From an uncultured Acidobacteriota bacterium (GTDB lineage Bacteria; Acidobacteriota; Thermoanaerobaculia; Gp7-AA8), in assembly GCA_963741955.1 (NCBI GenBank), contig CAVUKB010000005.1, forward strand, positions 1,376,001-1,440,000: a stretch of 64,000 nucleotides of DNA, in the 5' to 3' direction. The notes under the pieces were generated by a model, which searched no databases, had not been told where the DNA came from, and was given only the letters and a program-made list of their open reading frames with translations. Each line of letters begins with the position of its first letter. Positions within the stretch are counted from its first letter, which is position 1. Below, piece by piece: positions 58,411 to 64,000 of the stretch. A program made the translations under genes and the position numbers.

Positions 58411-58821
58411 ATGGACTCCTCTTCCGCACCGGCGGCCCGCGCGCGTGTCAGCGACCGGATCGTGCTCGGGATCTCGGCCTTCGGCGTCGCTCTCTCCGTG
58501 GTTCTCGGGCAGCTCACGCGCGCAGGAGGACACCCGCTGCCGAAGCAGTCGTTCTGCTGGAGTCAGATCCTGCTCCACCGCGCGTGTGCGGGATGCGGAC
58601 TCACCCGGAGCTTCGTCGCTCTCGGCGCGGGCGATCTCGCCGGGGCGATCCGCTTCAACTGGGCGGGGCCGCTTCTCTTCGGCTGCCTTCTGCTTCTGAT
58701 GGGCTCGAGGCTGTTCCGCATCGCGCGACCCGCGCGCGAGCTCCGAAGGTTCGATCTCGCGCTCGGGGCTGCGGTTGCGTTGATCCTCGTCGTCCGCGGA
58801 ATCGCGTTCTACTTCGCCTGA
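58411..58821 (+). CDS. DUF2752-family membrane protein (start uncertain)
   Basis: FC..CAGCGLTRSF..GD..AIRFN..G motif and hydrophobic helices. Confidence 0.75.
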   Translation: MDSSSAPAARARVSDRIVLGISAFGVALSVVLGQLTRAGGHPLPKQSFCWSQILLHRACAGCGLTRSFVALGAGDLAGAIRFNWAGPLLFGCLLLLMGSRLFRIARPARELRRFDLALGAAVALILVVRGIAFYFA

Positions 58822-58825
58822 GCGT

Positions 58826-59698
58826 TCACCGCTCGGAGTCTGTGCGGGAGCCGCGACGTGCGAGGAAATCGGCGACCGAGCCGCTCCAGCCGAACATCTT
58901 CAGGTCACGGCGAAGCACGGGCGGTACACCGACACGGAAATCGAAGACGTAGAACGCATTCCCGAGTACCCAGCTGAGCGCCACTTCCTGCGCCACGGCG
59001 GGGAGGGCACCGATCGGAGGCTGATACGCGAAGAGCTCGGAGATCTTCCTCAGATCGCGCCCATGCTCGTGCGCGAGAAGCCACGGCGCGACTCCTTCGT
59101 CGCAGACCACGACCTTCGCTCCCTCCTTGGCGACCCGCGCCATCTCCCGAAGTGCGCGCGGCACGTCACCGAAGCGGTTGATCGTCCCGATGTGCAGCAC
59201 CGCGTCGAAGCTCCGGTCGGCGAAGGGGAGGTGGAGCGCGTTCGCGGTGACCAGATCGATCGAACAGTCGATCTGCGCTCCCTTCAGGCTCGCCTGCTCG
59301 ATCATCGACTCGGAGAGGTCCAACCCGACGATCTCGCCGTTCGGACCGATGCCGCGCGCGAGGTCCGGGAAGTTCGACCCGGTGCCGCACGCGATCTCGA
59401 GGACCCGGTCGCCGGGCTCGAGCTCGAGCTTGTGGACCAGAGCATCCCGCGTCGCCCGTTCGTCCCCGCCGAGGAGATCCGAGAGCCAGCGGATCAACTC
59501 GTCGTAGCTCACCGCGTCCTCATCGTCGGCGGGTGCGGCCTCGGGAGGATGGACCAGTCGAGGAATTCCGTTGCGCATCGCGTAGGAGACTTCGCAGCCG
59601 GTGCACTTCAGCGACGCGTCTTCGCTCTCCGCGGCGACCGAAGTGAGCGGAGCGGCACACGCCGGGCACCGGAGGATCTCGAAAGTCGTCGCCTTCAT
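58826..59698 (-). CDS. Trm112-like zinc domain fused to a class I SAM methyltransferase (UbiE-like)
   Basis: LRCPAC..LKCTGC..Y..RNGIPRL, VLEIACGTG, GLDLSESM, LPFADRSFDAV. Confidence 0.85.
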   Translation of the reverse strand: MKATTFEILRCPACAAPLTSVAAESEDASLKCTGCEVSYAMRNGIPRLVHPPEAAPADDEDAVSYDELIRWLSDLLGGDERATRDALVHKLELEPGDRVLEIACGTGSNFPDLARGIGPNGEIVGLDLSESMIEQASLKGAQIDCSIDLVTANALHLPFADRSFDAVLHIGTINRFGDVPRALREMARVAKEGAKVVVCDEGVAPWLLAHEHGRDLRKISELFAYQPPIGALPAVAQEVALSWVLGNAFYVFDFRVGVPPVLRRDLKMFGWSGSVADFLARRGSRTDSER

Positions 59699-59717
59699 GG
59701 CCGAAAGAGTAGCAGAG

Positions 59718-59814
59718 TATCGTGGATCGCGGATCGTGGATCTGAAAGACATCGCGGATCGATCCTCGATGCTTCTCAGATCCTCGATCCTCGATCCTAG
59801 ATCCTCGATGCTTT
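59718..59814. repeat. Inverted heptamer arms (GGATCGY versus GATCCTC)
   Basis: Left GTATCGT-GGATCGC-GGATCGT-GGATCTG, right GATCCTC/GATCCTA/GATGCTT units. Confidence 0.75.
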
Positions 59815-60534
59815 TCAGGGTATCAGTCCTCCGTCGACGGAGAGGACAGCGCCGTTGATGAACGACGCGTCATCCGAAGCGAGAAAGAGGTACGCGCTCG
59901 CGACTTCCTCCGGCTCGCCGATCCGGCCGAGGGGCGTGCGCGCGATCGCGGCCTGCTCGGTCTCGGCATCGTTGCGCTCGTTCATGCGGGTGCGGATGTA
60001 TCCGGGGCGCACCGCGTTGACCGCGATACCGAACGGACCGAGCTCACGCGCCCAGACCCGGGTGAGGCCGACGATCGCCTCCTTCGTCGCGGCATATGCG
60101 GTCTGCCCGGGAAATCCGTACGCCGAGATCACCGAAGCGACGTTCACGATGCGGCCGCTGCGCTTCTCCTTCATGGCCGGGATGACCGCCTGAGTGCAGT
60201 GGAGCGTGCTCTCGAGATTCGCCTCGAGAACGACTTTCCAGTCGTGCGGAGAAAGATCGGCAGCGGCGATGAACCCCGGAGTGATCGCCGCGTTGTTGAT
60301 CAGGACGTCGATTCTTCCGAAACGCTCGCGCACTTCGGCGGTGGCCTCGAAGACCCGTTCCCTCCGACGGAGGTCGATCCTGCGGCGGAGTGCGCCATCG
60401 TTCTCTTCGTCGGACGCAGCGACGTCCCACACTGCCACCCGCGCACCCTCGCGCAGAAGGCGATCCACCGCAGCCGCGCCGATCCCGCGCGCCCCTCCGG
60501 TGACGATGACCACCTTCCCGTCGAATCGACTCAC
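59815..60534 (-). CDS. Short-chain dehydrogenase/reductase, FabG-like
   Basis: TGGARGIG, INNAA, YAATK, NAVRPG, VDGG. Confidence 0.9.
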   Translation of the reverse strand: MSRFDGKVVIVTGGARGIGAAAVDRLLREGARVAVWDVAASDEENDGALRRRIDLRRRERVFEATAEVRERFGRIDVLINNAAITPGFIAAADLSPHDWKVVLEANLESTLHCTQAVIPAMKEKRSGRIVNVASVISAYGFPGQTAYAATKEAIVGLTRVWARELGPFGIAVNAVRPGYIRTRMNERNDAETEQAAIARTPLGRIGEPEEVASAYLFLASDDASFINGAVLSVDGGLIP

Positions 60535-60586
60535 TCCACCTCCCGCCGGCCGCCGTGGTTCGCTCGCGTCCCGGCCGCCGCGGCCG

Positions 60587-60997
60587 TCACCGGCCGGACT
60601 TCACCTGGTTGACAGTTTCCACGAATCGGCGTGCGTCATCGGGATCGAACATCGCGAGCGCCGGCTTGCCGTCGATGAAGACGCCGGAGAACGGAGCCTC
60701 TCCGCCCCCCTTCCGCTGGATCGCGATCCGATCGTCGCGATACTCGATCTCGGCGATCTCGTCGATCGGCACTTCCATCTTTCTCGACACTCCGCCGGTC
60801 ACAGCTTCGCCCACGCTCTTCTGCACCATGGAGGAGATCATTCTCGAAAGATCATTCGGCGGACCGCTCGTCTCGTGCTGTTTCAGATTCTTCCGAATGT
60901 CTTCGATCACCCGATCGGAAAGCTTCATCGAGACTTTCCCGTCGGCGACTCCGAGCGTCACGCTGCCGTCCTTCGACGTCATCTCAAAATTCGACAC
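60587..60997 (-). CDS. Hypothetical protein (136 aa)
   Basis: GTG start with SD GGAGG, protein-like composition, no family recognised. Confidence 0.7.
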   Translation of the reverse strand: MSNFEMTSKDGSVTLGVADGKVSMKLSDRVIEDIRKNLKQHETSGPPNDLSRMISSMVQKSVGEAVTGGVSRKMEVPIDEIAEIEYRDDRIAIQRKGGGEAPFSGVFIDGKPALAMFDPDDARRFVETVNQVKSGR

Positions 60998-61125
60998 GGA
61001 TCACCTCCCGAAACGTTTTTCACGGATCGAGCATAAGTTAAACGAGACTTCGCGATTCGTCGACCCTAAGTTTACGAAGTGGTGAGCCGGCAGGTTCGAG
61101 GCTCTGTTACAATCGGCTTTCCCGA

Positions 61126-62304
61126 ATGAAAACTGAGGCACCAGAAGCGATGCAGACCGGAGATTCACTGGTCCGAACGAGCTGGAAATCCGCTCCCTCA
61201 CCGTCCATGTCGGATCGCGAGTACTTCATGAGCGAGACCGCACGGCGGGTGCGGCAGCTGGCCGTTTCGGAGTGGAGCGACTCCCGTCCGGTGGAGATGG
61301 TGGGAAAATCCCCCCTCTACATGGACCTCCAGAAGAAGGTCCTGAAGATCGCTCCGTTCCAGGAACCGGTGCTGATCACCGGCGAGAGCGGGGTCGGGAA
61401 GGAATCTCTCGCGCAGGCCATCTACCTTCTCGGCGGACGCAGAGGAAAGCCGATGATCTCGGTGAATTGTCCTCAGTACCGCGAAGGGAATCTCACCGTC
61501 AGCGAGCTCTTCGGTCACAAGAAGGGGAGCTTCACCGGCGCAACTGCGGACCGGCAGGGGTGCTTCGAGATCGCGAACGGCGGAGTGATCTTCCTCGACG
61601 AGATCGGCGATCTGCACATGAGCGCACAGGTGATGCTGCTCCGCGCGCTGGCCAACGGCGAGTTCCAGCCCCTCGGGTCGGACACCACCCGCAAAGTCAA
61701 CGTCCGGGTGATCGCCGCAACCAACCGGCAACTGGACAAACTAATGGTGGGCGAAGAATTCCGCCACGATCTATTCTTCCGTCTGCAGTACTTCCTGCTG
61801 AAGGTGCCGAGCCTGCGCGAGCGGGGCGACGACTGGCGACTCCTCCTCGACTTCTATCTGGAGAAGCTCTACCGCAAATACGGAGTGCGCAAGTACTTCA
61901 CCGGTGAGTCACTGAAGACACTGGAGAAGTACGAGTGGCCGGGCAACATCCGGGAATTGATCAGCCTCACCACCACCGGCTACGCGATGTCCGACGGCGA
62001 TCAGATCCGCCCCGAGGATTTCGTGACGGTGATGAACGGCGCGACTCAGCCCCGATCGGCCGACCTGGTGGAGACTCTCTACCGGAAGATGGTCGACGAG
62101 AGACTGAGCTTCTGGGATGCCGTGCACACGCCGTTTCTCGATCGCGATCTGAACCGCGCAGAAGTGCGCGAGCTGATCCGCCGCGGCCTCACCCGGGCGC
62201 ACGGGAGCTACCGGCAGTTACTGACGCTGTTCGGGCTTCCGGAAGAGGAATATCAGCGGTTCATGGATTTTCTGCGCCACCACCGGTTGAAGCCGGACGC
62301 CTGA
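61126..62304 (+). CDS. sigma-54-interacting AAA+ activator lacking an N-terminal sensory domain
   Basis: GESGVGKE, SELFGH.KGSFTGA, FLDEIG, IAATN, FRHDLFFRL, WPGNIREL. Confidence 0.88.
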   Translation: MKTEAPEAMQTGDSLVRTSWKSAPSPSMSDREYFMSETARRVRQLAVSEWSDSRPVEMVGKSPLYMDLQKKVLKIAPFQEPVLITGESGVGKESLAQAIYLLGGRRGKPMISVNCPQYREGNLTVSELFGHKKGSFTGATADRQGCFEIANGGVIFLDEIGDLHMSAQVMLLRALANGEFQPLGSDTTRKVNVRVIAATNRQLDKLMVGEEFRHDLFFRLQYFLLKVPSLRERGDDWRLLLDFYLEKLYRKYGVRKYFTGESLKTLEKYEWPGNIRELISLTTTGYAMSDGDQIRPEDFVTVMNGATQPRSADLVETLYRKMVDERLSFWDAVHTPFLDRDLNRAEVRELIRRGLTRAHGSYRQLLTLFGLPEEEYQRFMDFLRHHRLKPDA

Positions 62305-63037
62305 CCACGTCGTCCAGGTACGGCAACCGGTTGAATCCCCACGTGAATCCGATCATCGCTTCCACCTGACCGAATCCGTTCGGGTAGCGATAGACGCGCG
62401 TGCACTCGCCAGTGCAGTCACGATTGGTGATCCGCTCGGTGTGGCGCACGCCGCTGTCGGTCGCGACCCAGTGAGCGCGGGTCTCGAACCGGAGTGCGGT
62501 GGTCGGTGTCATCCAGAGGTCGAACCCGATTCCTCCGCTGACGGATGGCGCATTCGTGGAAGGGAGCGGTGAGCTCGGCGAAACGTGCGTGATGCCGACC
62601 GCGGCGGTGGCGAAAGGCTGCAACAGCCCTTGCGCGCGCGCGGTCGGGGTCGACGTGCCGCGGAAGTTCCACAGAACTCCCGCGTCCCAGTGCGTGACGT
62701 TGACGTTGACCACGTTGATGTCACCGGCGGGGAACGGTCCGGACGGCTCTTCGCCGAACAGACGATTGCGGTCGACGAACTGCGAGGACTGATTCAGTAC
62801 GCCCAGCTCGATCTGGTACGCCGGATGCGAAAGGAGACGCCGTCCGACCCGCAGACCGAAGACGTTACTGCGCGAGATGTCGACGCCGATGTAACGCGAT
62901 CCCGAGAGCTGGGAATCGCGAACCCGCATTCCCCCTCCGGCCATGTAACCGAGCGACGGAGTGATGGTGAACAACGACTCCTGCGCAAACACGAGTGATG
63001 GGACCGACAGACAGAGTGCCAGTAGAATCTTCTTCAT
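62261..63037 (-). CDS. Exported outer-membrane beta-barrel-like protein
   Basis: Signal MKKILLALCLSVPSLVFA, alternating beta-strands, LQPFATAAVG, GGIGF, terminal strand IGFTWGF. Confidence 0.65.
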   Translation of the reverse strand: MKKILLALCLSVPSLVFAQESLFTITPSLGYMAGGGMRVRDSQLSGSRYIGVDISRSNVFGLRVGRRLLSHPAYQIELGVLNQSSQFVDRNRLFGEEPSGPFPAGDINVVNVNVTHWDAGVLWNFRGTSTPTARAQGLLQPFATAAVGITHVSPSSPLPSTNAPSVSGGIGFDLWMTPTTALRFETRAHWVATDSGVRHTERITNRDCTGECTRVYRYPNGFGQVEAMIGFTWGFNRLPYLDDVVRRPASTGGGAENP

Positions 63038-63210
63038 TTTCCCCGCCTCGATTTTTTCAGGACCGCGCGGCAGTATAGCACCGGCACCGGGTCCGGGTAT
63101 TCGCCCTTGGTCTGCTTTTCAGTGCTTCGCGATCACGAAATGTTTCGCGCCGGACCACGCAACCCACCCGTTCGAGATCCGCGATCGATCCGCTATACTC
63201 GCCGCCATCC

Positions 63211-64000
63211 ATGACTCCCATCCGCGCCGTGGTTTTCGATCTGTACGGAACGCTCCTCCGGGTCCGCTCACGTGGACTCCACCGCGAAATGCCCCGGATC
63301 CTCGGCACCTCCGTCTCGGCCTGGCTCGAGCTCGTCCGCGACGAACTGCTGACCCGACCCTTTGCCACCTCGTCCGAATTCGCCCGTTTCATCTGCGACC
63401 GTCTCGCGTCGAACGAATCAGAAGAGCCGGAATCGCGATGCGTCGCAGCGATCGATCGGGAGCTGGCCTCCGTGGAAGCCTTCGAGGGAGCGATCTCCCT
63501 CCTCTCTTTTCTCAAGCGGCGCGGCTACCGGCTCGGTGTGATCTCGAATCTTTCCAGCAGCTACAAGGAGCCGCTCGCCCGCTGCGGGATGGATGCCCTC
63601 TTCGATGCGACCTGCTTCTCCTGCGACGAGGGCGTAGCCAAGCCCGATCCCGTGATCTACCAGCGGATGTGCGAGCGGCTCGAAGTCACGCCCGGAGAGG
63701 TCCTCTTCGTGGGCGACTCGCACGCAAACGACGTCGAGGCTCCGGCGGCACTCGGGATGAAGACGCTTCCGATCGGTACCGGACCGGGATCTCTCCGCAC
63801 CGTGTCGGATCTCGGGTGGTACGTGTTCGGCGAAGATGGGAGCGTACGCCCCCTCCTCACACCGGACGCACGTTTCCGTTTCGGAGCGGCCGAGCTCCCG
63901 CTCGGCGACATCAGGCCGGTGGAAGACGACGAACAGGGCCGCTACAACGTCGTGTACCGCCTCCGGTCACTGGAGCCGAACGAGACCGACCAGCAGGTCT
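63211..64000 (+). CDS. HAD-superfamily hydrolase with an additional C-terminal domain (runs off the window)
   Basis: Not in the ORF track. Manual translation MTPIRAVVFDLYGTL, VISN, KPDPVIY, FVGDS..NDV. Frame stays open to the window end. Confidence 0.85.
   Translation, partial: MTPIRAVVFDLYGTLLRVRSRGLHREMPRILGTSVSAWLELVRDELLTRPFATSSEFARFICDRLASNESEEPESRCVAAIDRELASVEAFEGAISLLSFLKRRGYRLGVISNLSSSYKEPLARCGMDALFDATCFSCDEGVAKPDPVIYQRMCERLEVTPGEVLFVGDSHANDVEAPAALGMKTLPIGTGPGSLRTVSDLGWYVFGEDGSVRPLLTPDARFRFGAAELPLGDIRPVEDDEQGRYNVVYRLRSLEPNETDQQV

Noticed and set aside
56610-58517. ORFs across the repeat array (for example 56610..57899, 57827..58429)
   Set aside because: They are translations of the repeat units in several frames with no protein-like features.
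62261-62304. 44-bp convergent overlap as a regulatory feature
   Set aside because: Short tail-to-tail overlaps are common in GC-rich genomes and nothing else supports a function.

Overview
High-GC bacterial chromosomal segment, most likely Acidobacteriota (Thermoanaerobaculia-like; inferred from GWxTD/VWA proteins, an Oar-type TonB-dependent receptor and myxobacterial-type kinase and motility genes). It is mostly core genome: a pilMNOPQ operon with two extra lipoproteins, then TPR-mglC-accB-accC-thiE-aroK, rpmB, rel, a btu-like ABC transporter, rho, a TBDR plus PafA-type phosphatase, rimO, dusB, degP, ribD/ribE, rmuC, aroC, lgt, iscS, sdaAB/AA, fba, cysS, ruvA, and a more accessory right end. 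I saw no rRNA, tRNA, CRISPR-Cas, transposase or prophage genes. Most notable: (1) a pseudo-receiver/Ser-Thr kinase/TM/TonB-C fusion near a TBDR; (2) an MglC-like roadblock gene in Myxococcus-like synteny with the pilus genes; (3) a 1.25 kb nested REP/REPIN array after ruvA; (4) two different fold-back MITEs sharing one CTAG site; (5) four intergenic loci built from inverted 7-mer arms, some sharing exact sequence; (6) a cysteine-less SPL-like radical-SAM remnant fused to a PolX-type HhH domain. All family assignments come from motif recognition by eye, not database searches. Several starts were moved from the ORF track using RBS, overlap and homology logic.
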